Assembly: GCA_965226745.1 (NCBI GenBank)
Contig: CBDDDS010000005.1
Coordinates: 850,389-914,388, forward strand
DNA length: 64,000 nt
Origin: Dehalococcoidia bacterium
Lineage (GTDB): Bacteria > Chloroflexota > Dehalococcoidia > Lucifugimonadales > SAR202-VII-2
Direction of reading: 5' to 3'
The notes under the pieces were generated by a model. That model saw only the letters and a list, made by a program, of their open reading frames with translations. It did not search any database and was not told the origin of the DNA. Shown piece by piece: positions 25,090 through 33,866 of this stretch. Position 1 is the first letter of the stretch, and every line of letters begins with the position of its first letter. Position numbers and translations under genes: made by a program.

Positions 25090-25926
25090 TTAGGCGTCCG
25101 TGGTCTGGCCGCCGTCCACGGCGAGGGCGTGGCCGGTGACGAACGAAGCCTCGTCCGAGGCCAGGAAGAGCATCCCGTAGGCGATCTCCTCCGGCTGCGC
25201 CAATCGTTGGATGGCCCGATTGATGGCGGCGGCGGCGGCCACAGAGGCCTCGGCCTCCGCCGGGCTCTTGCCTTCCGTCAGAATCCTCAATAGCCGGGGC
25301 GTCGCCGTCCCGCCGGGGCAGATGCAGTTGACCCGAATGCCCATCGGCCCGTAGTCGATGGCCATGCTCCGAGTCAGCAGCACGACGCCGCCCTTGGAGG
25401 CGCTGTAGACGGCATAGCTGGCCGTGCCCAACAGACCGAAGGTGGAAGCAGTGTTGACAATGCTCCCCTTACCTTTGGACATCATGTGCGGCAACGCCGC
25501 CTTCGACCCAAGGAACACGCCGGTCAGGTTGAGGTCCACAATCCTCTTCCAGTCCCCTTCTGATAGCTGGTCGACGCGGCCCCACACGCCCGCGCCGGCG
25601 TTGTTGACGAGGATATCCAGGTCTCCGAATCGCTCTAGGGCCAGGTTCACCATGCCCTGGCAGCTCTCGGCAGAGGTAACGTCTCCCAGGAAGAAAGCCG
25701 CCTCGCCCCCCTCACCTTGAATGAGAGCGTCAACGCGGGGCGCGATATCCTCAACAAGGTCAACGCAGACCACTTTGGCGCCCTCTCGGGCGAAGAGACG
25801 GGCCGTAGCGCGGCCGATGCCGCTGTTGGCGCCGGTGACGACGGCAACCTTGCCCTCCAGCCGCCCCCTCCCGGAACCCATCATGGGATGTTCGTCAGCG
25901 CCTGACGAGGCTGCTTGGGACGTCAT
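25090..25926 (-). CDS. classical SDR, tandem paralog 5
   Basis: 278 aa with the same motifs. The 48-nt spacer is homologous to the spacer after paralog 4. Confidence 0.9.
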   Translation of the reverse strand: MTSQAASSGADEHPMMGSGRGRLEGKVAVVTGANSGIGRATARLFAREGAKVVCVDLVEDIAPRVDALIQGEGGEAAFFLGDVTSAESCQGMVNLALERFGDLDILVNNAGAGVWGRVDQLSEGDWKRIVDLNLTGVFLGSKAALPHMMSKGKGSIVNTASTFGLLGTASYAVYSASKGGVVLLTRSMAIDYGPMGIRVNCICPGGTATPRLLRILTEGKSPAEAEASVAAAAAINRAIQRLAQPEEIAYGMLFLASDEASFVTGHALAVDGGQTTDA

Positions 25927-25974
25927 GGCTCCTCCTTGGGTAACCGCTTCGGGCTGTAATTGATTTCGGGGATG

Positions 25975-26793
25975 CTAAGCGTCGATGGTCTGGCCGCCGT
26001 CCACGGCGAGGGCGTGGCCGGTGACGAACGATGCCTCGTCCGACGCCAGGAAGAGCATACCGTAGGCGATCTCCTCCGGGTGCGCCAATCGTTGGATGGC
26101 CCGGTTGATCTTGGCGGCCTCTGCTATGGCAGCCTCGGGGTCGGGCTGCGAGTTGAAGAAGCGGAGCAACCTTGGCGTAGCCGTAGCGCCGGGGCACACG
26201 CAGTTCACCCTGATTCCCATAGGGCCGTAGTCGATGGCCATGCTCCGGGTCAGCAGCACCACGCCTCCCTTCGAAGCACAGTAGGCAGCGTAGTCCTCCG
26301 ACGCCAGCAAACCGAACGTTGAAGCGGTATTGATGATGCTCCCGCGCCCCTTTTCCATCATGTGCGGCAGGGCGGCCTGAGAGCCGTTGAACACGCTGTT
26401 CAGGTTCGTATCGATCACGGAGCCCCATTGCTCGGCGGTTAGCTGGTCCACCCTGCCGCGGATGCCCGTGCCCGCGTTATTCACCAGGATATGCAGATCG
26501 CCGTAGGTGTTCAGCGCCGTGGCCACCATTCGGTCGCAGTCGGCGCGATTGGTCACATTCACGTTGACGAAGGTGCACTCGCCTCCCTGGCTCTTGATGA
26601 GATCGTCGATACGAGGCTGAATGTCCTCCACGAAGTCTACCCCAACGACCTTGGCGCCCTCTCTGGCGAAGAGGTCCGCAGTCGCTCTTCCGATGCCGCT
26701 GTTGGCGCCGGTGACGATGGCGACCTTGCCCTCGAGCCGCCCCCTGCCTGGGCCCAATCCCGGATGCTCTTGCACTGAAGCCTGCGTGGTCAC
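25975..26793 (-). CDS. classical SDR, tandem paralog 6 (most divergent)
   Basis: 272 aa with TGANSGIGRA, NNAG and YCASK. Confidence 0.9.
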   Translation of the reverse strand: MTTQASVQEHPGLGPGRGRLEGKVAIVTGANSGIGRATADLFAREGAKVVGVDFVEDIQPRIDDLIKSQGGECTFVNVNVTNRADCDRMVATALNTYGDLHILVNNAGTGIRGRVDQLTAEQWGSVIDTNLNSVFNGSQAALPHMMEKGRGSIINTASTFGLLASEDYAAYCASKGGVVLLTRSMAIDYGPMGIRVNCVCPGATATPRLLRFFNSQPDPEAAIAEAAKINRAIQRLAHPEEIAYGMLFLASDEASFVTGHALAVDGGQTIDA

Positions 26794-26828
26794 GATGATC
26801 CTCCTATCAGCCGGGTGTAATGCAACAT

Positions 26829-26861
26829 GGGACTGCCCCGCCTCGCTTGGGGGACAGTCCC
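26829..26861 (-). other. intra-operon GC hairpin between the amidohydrolase and SDR paralog 6
   Basis: GGGACTGCCCC-loop-GGGGGACAGTCCC, with one bulge. Confidence 0.35.
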
Positions 26862-26880
26862 CGCAATGGCTACGCAGTGA

Positions 26881-28005
26881 CTATGCGCCGTTGATCCCGT
26901 AGAGCGCCCGCGGGTTGTCGATGAGAATCTTGTTCTTGACCTCTTCGGACAAATCGGGCCGGCGCTTCAGGTCGGGCACAATCCCGTCTTCCCTGGACTG
27001 GTCCTGGTGCCCGTAATCGGAGCCGATGATGATGTTGTCCTCGCCGATGAAGTTCAGCAAGTAGCCAATGTCCTCGTCGACCTCGGTGGCAACGTAGAGG
27101 CGATAGTCGCGGAACAGTTGCGGCCCCCACCAATCGCCCCAGTTGGGCCCGGTGGCCGTGACCTGGAAGCCGGCCTTCGACGACCGCCGCAGCAGGTGCA
27201 TGACGTAGGGGACCCAGGACGACGCGGCCTCCACAAAAGCGAACCGGAGATCGGGGAACCGCTCGGGGATTTTGTTCGCGACGATGTCTCGAAAGGCGAA
27301 GAGGGGCATCACCCGGACGTGAGGGAACACGTGGCTGTACTGGATGTCTATGAGCTTGGTCAGAGCCGGAACTCCGCCCCCGGTGTGGAAACAGATGGGT
27401 AGGCCGGCCCGCTGCGCCGCCTCGTAAATGGGGAAGAAATAGGGCTCCGCCACCGAGCGGGTGCCCTCGATGCCCCGGAACAGCAGTCCCACGGCGCCGT
27501 TCTCTTTCACGACGTTGATCTCCTCTATGGTGGCCTCAACCGAGCGCAGCGGAACGGGGGCCACCCAGCGGATGCGGTTCCCGCCCTTGGCCCAAACGTC
27601 CGCCATGTAGCGGTTGTAGGCGCGGCACAGAGCGATCTCCAAGTCCACGTCGTCCGTCAGGTACATGATGAACATGGTGGGGTAGACGACTTCAATGTCA
27701 ACGTCTCGTTCGTCCATCGCCTTGATGCGGCCGGGTACATCGGAGATGCCGCGCACCCCTGCTGCAACGTCGGTGCGGGACTCCTCCTTGATGCCGCCGG
27801 GCACGTGCAGGCCGAAGCTTCCCTTCCCTTTGGGCCGGGGGAATATCTCCCCGTCTATGAGCCAGAACGCGTTGAACTCGCCGTACCACGTATCGGGAGG
27901 AGCGATGAGCCGGACGGGGCGTCGCTCGTACCACTCCCTGTCCATGTGTTCCCAGATACCGGGATGCTCGATGATGTGGGTGTCGGCGTCGACGATGCCC
28001 GCCAT
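26881..28005 (-). CDS. amidohydrolase_2 family metal-dependent hydrolase/decarboxylase (ACMSD-like TIM barrel)
   Basis: Start at MAGIVDADTHIIEHP (ATG 28005 after GGGAGGTGG). The N-terminal D-x-H-x-H-type metal motif and the length of about 374 aa fit the family. Confidence 0.8.
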   Translation of the reverse strand: MAGIVDADTHIIEHPGIWEHMDREWYERRPVRLIAPPDTWYGEFNAFWLIDGEIFPRPKGKGSFGLHVPGGIKEESRTDVAAGVRGISDVPGRIKAMDERDVDIEVVYPTMFIMYLTDDVDLEIALCRAYNRYMADVWAKGGNRIRWVAPVPLRSVEATIEEINVVKENGAVGLLFRGIEGTRSVAEPYFFPIYEAAQRAGLPICFHTGGGVPALTKLIDIQYSHVFPHVRVMPLFAFRDIVANKIPERFPDLRFAFVEAASSWVPYVMHLLRRSSKAGFQVTATGPNWGDWWGPQLFRDYRLYVATEVDEDIGYLLNFIGEDNIIIGSDYGHQDQSREDGIVPDLKRRPDLSEEVKNKILIDNPRALYGINGA

Positions 28006-28078
28006 AGTAACCACCTCCCGTCGAATTGCGTCGCGATTCCACCAGCGGCCAGTCGGACGCGGCCAAGGGACACGGTAT

Positions 28079-28107
28079 GTTATGGCAGCGCTGGGGCAGG
28101 CTGTCAA
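28079..28107 (-). promoter_or_regulatory. candidate promoter of the amidohydrolase-SDR operon
   Basis: On the minus strand, TTGACA-17 nt-CATAAC lies about 75 nt upstream of the start. It sits back-to-back with the element B promoter. Confidence 0.45.
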
Positions 28108-28125
28108 GGGAACGGCGCGCTGCGC

Positions 28126-28585
28126 CTGCCTCTCCCTATTGCATAATACGAACTTTTGTACTATAGTATCGCCATGAAGTCGGCCGCCAGCCCGCTTCTC
28201 TTCCTTGGAACCTGCCGCATACGTCTTGTACTGGGGAATCCATAGAGAATGCCCCGGTGGCAGCGCTTGGGGAACATCCCCCAGGCCCACAACCCTCCGA
28301 GGAAGCGTGGGACCAGAGCGAATCCCGTTTCGAGACAAGCTCTTTGGAGCCATAAGGCTCCGCCACAGTTCATGACGATTCGCTACGACATCACTACGGT
28401 TCTTCACAACTCTCTTATGACTTCATTGCGCCTCTGATGCGCCTCTGTGGCGGCTCCGTGCCTGCAAACCCCGAAATCCGGCTGATACGCGTAACGAATC
28501 CTCGCTCACCGTCTCGAACTCTTAACTGTTGGCGCGTGGACGTGCCATAAATTACCGCTCGCGGTCCCGCCAGTCGGCGCCAGGA
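28126..28585 (+). repeat. element B of the promoter/leader element family
   Basis: Homologous to 20798-21215. Has the hairpin GGAGCC-ATAA-GGCTCC, a degenerate run of about 11-nt periodicity at about 28375-28470, and a tail GGCTCCGTGCCTGCA...TCCGGCTGA (28452-28485) nearly identical to element C. Confidence 0.8.
28139..28167 (+). promoter_or_regulatory. sigma70-type promoter of element B
   Basis: TTGCAT-17 nt-TATAGT with spacer AATACGAACTTTTGTAC. An ATG lies 6 nt after the -10 box. Confidence 0.6.
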
Positions 28586-28633
28586 CGGACAGGTCTGAAA
28601 GGGCGTCCAGCAACCGGCAGGCTTGGCCCAGCC

Positions 28634-29542
28634 TCACCGCGCCACCAGGCCAACCGTACCGGCGACGATCATGGCGATGGCCGCGAGCTTGACGGCCAGC
28701 ACTCGCGGCGTGAGGGATTCATGGATGAAGCGGGGCGCCAGCCAACTCACCAGCACCGCATACGCGAATACGAAGAGCGGCCTGGTCGCGTTCAGGGCTG
28801 AGGCCCCGGACACCGGGCCAACACTGAATGAGGCGAACAGCAGGTATGTCGCCAGCAGCGCCAGCAACGTGTCCGCCGCGAACAAGGGCACGCGCCGCGG
28901 CCGGTGGCGCACGATCTCCCAGGCCTCTTTGACGGCGGCTCGATTGGCGGAAACGGCCAGGATAGCCACTCCCACTATGAAGAAGTTGATGGTGAATACC
29001 TGAACGGTCGAGAGCTCCGACAGGGCGTCCTTCCCCAGAAGATTCGAAACGCCCGTCGCAAAGCTCGCCAGGAGCAGCAGGAAGAAGGAGGATCCGAGTC
29101 GAAATCCGCCTGAAGCTCCCCCGGCGCGACGGACCGACAACAGGATCGCCCCGGCAACAATCACCACAATGGCACCCCAGTCCAACGGGTCGATCTGTTC
29201 GCCCAGGAAAAGGGCGGCAAGCACTGCAACGAAGATTGGGTACGTCTGGGTGACCGGCAGCGCCCGGGACACCTCCTCTCTGCGGAGCACCCCGAAGAGG
29301 ACGGCCAGCGCGAGGCCGCGGAGCAACCCCGAGGCCAGGGCAGCGCCTATCGACCTGATGGAGTACGACGAGTAGGAAGGGTCCGCTAGAAGGAAGGGAA
29401 TGGAGGTCAGGAGGCTGAGAACGCCCAGGATGAAGAGGATGGCGCGGACGTTCCGCGCCATCCTCTCAACGATGAATTTGTCAAGGATGCTGACTAGGCC
29501 AAAGATGGCCGCGCTGAGAAGCGCCAGAGTAGCCCAGTCCAT
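28634..29542 (-). CDS. DMT superfamily (EamA-like) transporter
   Basis: 302 aa with about 10 hydrophobic segments and a two-repeat organisation typical of EamA proteins. Confidence 0.75.
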   Translation of the reverse strand: MDWATLALLSAAIFGLVSILDKFIVERMARNVRAILFILGVLSLLTSIPFLLADPSYSSYSIRSIGAALASGLLRGLALAVLFGVLRREEVSRALPVTQTYPIFVAVLAALFLGEQIDPLDWGAIVVIVAGAILLSVRRAGGASGGFRLGSSFFLLLLASFATGVSNLLGKDALSELSTVQVFTINFFIVGVAILAVSANRAAVKEAWEIVRHRPRRVPLFAADTLLALLATYLLFASFSVGPVSGASALNATRPLFVFAYAVLVSWLAPRFIHESLTPRVLAVKLAAIAMIVAGTVGLVAR

Positions 29543-29554
29543 CGCCGGGGGCCG

Positions 29555-30733
29555 CTAGTCCACGGGATCCGGCAACCAGCCCCACGGACGGGGACCCCAG
29601 TCCGGGGCAATCACCTCTCCCCGCTTCACCGTCACGAACGGGATCACAGCCCGGTCCACGGTCTGGCGCTGTCCCGTTGAGTCGGCGACAATCCATTTGC
29701 CCTGTTGGACGTCCAGAACGGAGACGTCGCCCTGATAGCCCGGCTTCAGGGTGCCCAACCGGTCGGCGGCGCCCAGGGCCAGGGCAGGCTTGATGGTGGC
29801 CATCTCTATGGTCTGCTCCAGCGTGAAGCCCAAGGCCATGGACCGAGTCATCGTCTCGGCCATGCTATGGACAACCTCCGTGCCGGGAAGCGTCAAGTCG
29901 GTGCTGAGGCAGTCCGGCGCCATGCCCTGGTCCAGCAAACGCCGTCCAACGTCGAAGCTGAAGTTGAAGCGGCCGTGGCCCGTGTCGAAGACCACGCCGC
30001 GCTCCAGAGCGGCTTTGACCTGTGGGTACAGCCTCCCGTTGGCGTCCAGTACGCCACCGTGATGGGAGGTGAACAGGTGCGTCAGGACGTCGCCCTCGTC
30101 GAGGATGTCCATCAGCTCCGTCAGCACGGATTTCTGGCCTACCTTGGCATGGGGGTCGCCTATGTGGACCATCAGCCGGAGCCCGGTCTGCCTGGCAATG
30201 TCCTTGGCGATGCGGGCAAGGTCCATCCCCATGTTCTCCAGGGCTGGGTTTACCATGCGCACCTTGAGGCCGTGGATCTGGTCCTTATACAGGCCGGCGA
30301 TCTTGATGGCCTCGTCGGGGTCTATGTCGTCCGGGCCTCGGACCTCCGGCAGGCTCACGAGGCCGTGGCGGGCGACGTGCATGAACGCCACAACCTCCGT
30401 CTTGCAGTTGGGCAGCACGTACTTGGGAAAACCGCGGAAGTTGTACGGCCCGGCGCTCCCCGCATCCACCACAGTGGTCACGCCAGCCCGAACCCCAGCG
30501 ACATCCGGGTTCAACGCCCTGGGATTCACCGCTTCGTAGACGTGAACGTGAAAGTCTATGAGGCCCGGGGCAACGGTCTTGCCGGGAACGCGGATGCTGC
30601 GCACCGCCTCCGCCTCGGGAATGTCGGGCGCCAGCCGGTCGATGCGGCCACCGGTAATGGCGACGTCCAAGTCGGCATTCAGCCCCTGAGCGGGGTCGAC
30701 GACGCGACCGCCCTTGATCACGAGGTCGTACAT
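29555..30733 (-). CDS. amidohydrolase-superfamily metallohydrolase (dihydroorotase/deacetylase-like)
   Basis: 392 aa. The N-terminal beta-sandwich (DLVIKGGRVVDP) is followed by the GLIDFHVHV metal motif. Confidence 0.8.
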   Translation of the reverse strand: MYDLVIKGGRVVDPAQGLNADLDVAITGGRIDRLAPDIPEAEAVRSIRVPGKTVAPGLIDFHVHVYEAVNPRALNPDVAGVRAGVTTVVDAGSAGPYNFRGFPKYVLPNCKTEVVAFMHVARHGLVSLPEVRGPDDIDPDEAIKIAGLYKDQIHGLKVRMVNPALENMGMDLARIAKDIARQTGLRLMVHIGDPHAKVGQKSVLTELMDILDEGDVLTHLFTSHHGGVLDANGRLYPQVKAALERGVVFDTGHGRFNFSFDVGRRLLDQGMAPDCLSTDLTLPGTEVVHSMAETMTRSMALGFTLEQTIEMATIKPALALGAADRLGTLKPGYQGDVSVLDVQQGKWIVADSTGQRQTVDRAVIPFVTVKRGEVIAPDWGPRPWGWLPDPVD

Positions 30734-30997
30734 GGGGCCTCCTTACGACTGCGCTGAAGCGGCAACATTGTGGCATGGACGCGATTTCGAGGCAAGGAAT
30801 CGTCGCGGCCGGCGTCCTATGGAAGGCTGGCGGTTGCCTCTCCGTTACGGCCCCCACCCTGGCCCGCCCGATGGCGAGGCGCCCATTCGCGCAGCAACGG
30901 CACTGCGTTGGGCAAAGCCTATTTTGAGGCAACGCGTCGCCTTGACAGGCGTTGCCGGCTAGGACTAGAGTTCGGTGCTACCTTCCAGAGGGATCCC

Positions 30998-31141
30998 ATG
31001 GAGCCTGGGCGCCTGAAAATGACCGTGGAAGCGCTCCCCAACGGGGGCTTCCGCGTCACCAACGCTGACATTCCAGCTCTCTATGTCCAGGACGACACGA
31101 TTGCAGGCGCGTTGCAGGCAGCGCACAGGGGCAGGCCCTAG
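30998..31141 (+). CDS. possible small HicB/DUF1902-like protein (weak)
   Basis: The 47-aa tail of ORF 30770..31141 (MTVEALPNGGFRVTNADIPALYVQDDTIAGAL) resembles antitoxin-like N-terminal domains. No clear RBS. Confidence 0.25.
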   Translation: MEPGRLKMTVEALPNGGFRVTNADIPALYVQDDTIAGALQAAHRGRP

Positions 31142-31327
31142 CCCGCGAGTCGAACAGCGAGCGGTTGCCCCTATTGGACGCAGCCAAAAACTCCCTCCTG
31201 ACCCTCAGAGTCAAGGTCGTGGATGCCTGAACGCGGCATCTGGTTCGGGTATAGTGATCCCTCCCACCCCCCTGGCGACGCATCCCTTTATATTTGGAGT
31301 GCGCCCGCGTCTGACTGGAGTGCGCGC

Positions 31328-32116
31328 ATGGACCTGCTTCTGACCGACCGCGTCGCCATCGTGACAGGCGGCGCCTCGAACATAGGCCGTCAGGTGGCCC
31401 TCACGCTGGCCGGAGAAGGCGCCAGCGTGGCCATCCTTGACCTGGACGAGGCCGGGGCGCAGCGCGTGGCGCAGGAGGCAAGGACTTCCGGAGGACGGGT
31501 CTCCGTCTACAGAACGGACATAACTGACCCCGCCAACGCCGAGGTTTCCGTCCGCCGGGTCGCCGAGGACCTTGGGAAGGTGGATATCCTGGCCAACGTT
31601 GCTGGGTGGATGTACGACGAGCTGTTCCTGGATGAGACCGCCGAGAAGCAGGAAAAGTTGGTGAACGTCAACCTATGGGGGCCCATGAACATGATCAGGG
31701 CCGCGCTGCCGTACATGGTCGCCAATGAATACGGGCGAGTGGTTTCCGTGGCCTCGGACGCCGGGCGCATGGGAGAATACAAGGAAGCGGTCTACTCGGC
31801 GTGCAAGGCGGGAGTCATAGCCTTGTCGAAGGCGCTGGCGCGGGAGGTGGGACGCTACAACGTCACGCTGAACTGCGTCTGCCCCGGCCTGACGATCCCC
31901 GAGGCGCCCGAGACCATGAGCGCCGACAGTTTCTGGCATGAGAACCTGGACTTCTGGACTGAGGAACGCCAACAGAAAGCCGCCCGGGCCTACCCGCTGC
32001 GTCGCCTTGGCAAACCAGACGACGTGGCCAGCATGGTGGCATGGCTTGCCTCTGACCGGTGCTCCTACGTGACCGGCCAGACGATCAGCGTTAGCGGCGG
32101 CTACACGATGATGTAG
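31328..32116 (+). CDS. short-chain dehydrogenase/reductase (FabG-like)
   Basis: Start at MDLLLTDRVAIVTGGASNIG. Has the catalytic YSACK and ends in GGYTMM. Confidence 0.85.
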   Translation: MDLLLTDRVAIVTGGASNIGRQVALTLAGEGASVAILDLDEAGAQRVAQEARTSGGRVSVYRTDITDPANAEVSVRRVAEDLGKVDILANVAGWMYDELFLDETAEKQEKLVNVNLWGPMNMIRAALPYMVANEYGRVVSVASDAGRMGEYKEAVYSACKAGVIALSKALAREVGRYNVTLNCVCPGLTIPEAPETMSADSFWHENLDFWTEERQQKAARAYPLRRLGKPDDVASMVAWLASDRCSYVTGQTISVSGGYTMM

Positions 32117-32203
32117 GCGCGTTGGTGAATCCCCCTGCCACCGCTGCACATCCATAGACTCAGCGGGGACGGTTCGGGAATGGGTCGGACGCAGAGGAGT
32201 TAT

Positions 32204-33814
32204 ATGCCTTTCAAGCAGCGGCGACTTGCATTTGCTCTCCCGGCGCTATTGGTCGTAGTTGCGGCGTGCTCCAGCGGCGGCGCCCCCACCGAGGCTCCCA
32301 CAGACGCGTCGGCGCCCAGCCCTTCGGCGACGGCAGCGCCTGCCCCCGGCGCCTCGGCGACGGCAACACCGATGCCAGCGCCGGAAGAGCCAACACCTTC
32401 CTCTGCTCCCACACGCGCCGGTGGGACCGACGCCCGCGCCACACCCACCGCTACCCCAGACCAGCAAATTCCGGAACCCCCGGTTTTAGAAGGCCGGGGC
32501 AAGCTGATGCTCACCGCGCTCGAAGAGATCATCTTCAGATCGGAGACCGCTGCGCTGCGGGAGATACGGATGGGCGGGGACCCGTCCTATATCCCGGCGC
32601 TCGTGGAGTTGCTCCGGTTCGGGCCTTTCTTCAGGCAGGAACTGGTCGACAGCCTTCTCTACACGCTGGACACGCTGGCGGCGCCCATTGACGGCAGTGA
32701 GTTCTCCACGAAGTTCACCTGGTCTGACTGGGTCATGTGGCTGGCCAGCTACGACGTGGAGCCCCCGGAGGGCTTCGCGGCGTGGAAGGGGTATCTGTAT
32801 ACCCTAGTAGACCCGTCCTGGGCGGTTTTCTTCTATGCCGACTTGCCGACCCGCATCAACATCGGTGAGGTCGTCTGGGGAGGCGTGTTGAAGGACGGCA
32901 TCCCTGATCTCATAGACCCACCCGTCGTCTCCCCGGACGAGGCGACCTATCTGAACCCCGACGACCGGGTGTTCGGTGTCTCTATCAACGGGGAGCACCG
33001 GGCGTACCCCCACCGCATTATGAATCCCCATGAGATGGCCAACGACGTGGTTGGAGGGGCGCCCATCGCTTTAGCGTACTGAACGCTCTGTGGATCGGGA
33101 ATCGTGTATTCCCGCATAGTCAACGGAGAGGTCACCGAGTTCGGCACATCCGGCTTCCTCTACCGAAGCAACAAGCTGATGTACGACCGGGCCACCAATA
33201 CGCTATGGCGCCAGTTCATAGGCGAACCGGTGGTTGGCGAGCTGGCCCACAGCGGCATCGAGCTTGAGACGTTCCCCGTGGTCGTCACCACCTGGCAAGA
33301 GTGGCTCGCCGAGCATCCGGACACAACAGTCCTAGCAATAGAAACGGGTGTCTACAGCCCGGAAAGATACCTCCCGGAATCGAACTCGGGATCCATCTAT
33401 CACCTCTATCGAACGTCGCCGGGGACCATGTTCCCCGTGCCGCTGGAGAGTGACCAACTCATCACCAAGGCGCAAGTCTTGGGCCTTCGGTTCGGCGGAG
33501 AAGCAAGGGCATACGCCCTGGACCGCCTGGCGGAGGCCCCTGTGGTCAACGACACCCTCGGCGGAACGGACTTCGCCATCGTCACGGACTCGGAAGCCCG
33601 GGCCGCTCGCGCCTACGAGCGCGGGGCGCGGACCTTCTCGTTAGGAGAGAACGGCGCCGTGGTGGACGAGAGCGGGAACAGGTGGGCCGCCGGAGAAGAG
33701 GCCCTGGTGCAGGAAGACGAGCCAACTCAGCGGTTGCCCCGGCTACAGGCCCGCAACGCCTACTGGTTCGGATGGTTCTCCAACTATCCCGACACTTCCG
33801 TCTACGAGGGCTAG
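32204..33814 (+). CDS. DUF3179 family lipoprotein, candidate selenoprotein (in-frame UGA at 33080-33082 read as Sec)
   Basis: ORFs 32180..33082 and 33104..33814 are in the same frame, separated only by TGA. The read-through gives PIALAY-U-TLCGSGIVY...FGTSGFLYRSNKLMYDRATNTLW, which matches the DUF3179 signature TYCPLCGSG...SGLLY.SNLVMYDR.T.SLW with U at the first Cys. ATG 32204 follows GAGGAG. Signal peptide with lipobox VAAC. Confidence 0.7.
33096..33114 (+). promoter_or_regulatory. SECIS-like hairpin downstream of the UGA
   Basis: CGGGAAT-CGTGT-ATTCCCG is a perfect 7-bp stem. It starts 14 nt after the UGA, with the apical loop 21 nt after it and a G in the loop. Confidence 0.55.
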
Positions 33815-33866
33815 CGCGCCGCCGCGGCTCACCAACGGCTCGGTCCTCATCGCGTTGGGAGTGGCT

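Noticed and set aside
26881-28407. The long 508-aa ORF would give the amidohydrolase a 134-aa N-terminal extension covering element B.
   Set aside because: The extension is Arg/Pro-rich junk translated from the antisense strand of the element B promoter and head. A strong RBS (GGGAGGTGG) precedes MAGIVDADTH at 28005, where family similarity starts.
28435-28437. An in-frame TGA in element B. Read-through would give a tail (CASVAAPCLQTPKSG*) resembling the 59-aa minus-strand ORF through element C (...DASAMAPCLHPPGSG*), hinting at a Sec-containing peptide.
   Set aside because: The ORFs run through 11-nt periodic repeats, giving Arg-rich low-complexity sequence. The similarity is explained by nucleotide homology without indels. 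No SECIS-like hairpin was seen, and element A reads differently. I treat this region as non-coding.
33080-33082. An alternative reading of the DUF3179 TGA as a nonsense mutation (pseudogene) or as two separate genes.
   Set aside because: Not excluded, but less favoured. The stop sits exactly at the conserved redox Cys. Both halves stay open and conserved in the same frame. A well-placed hairpin follows. A tRNA-Sec gene is present. The second ORF on its own would lack the signal peptide and half of the domain.
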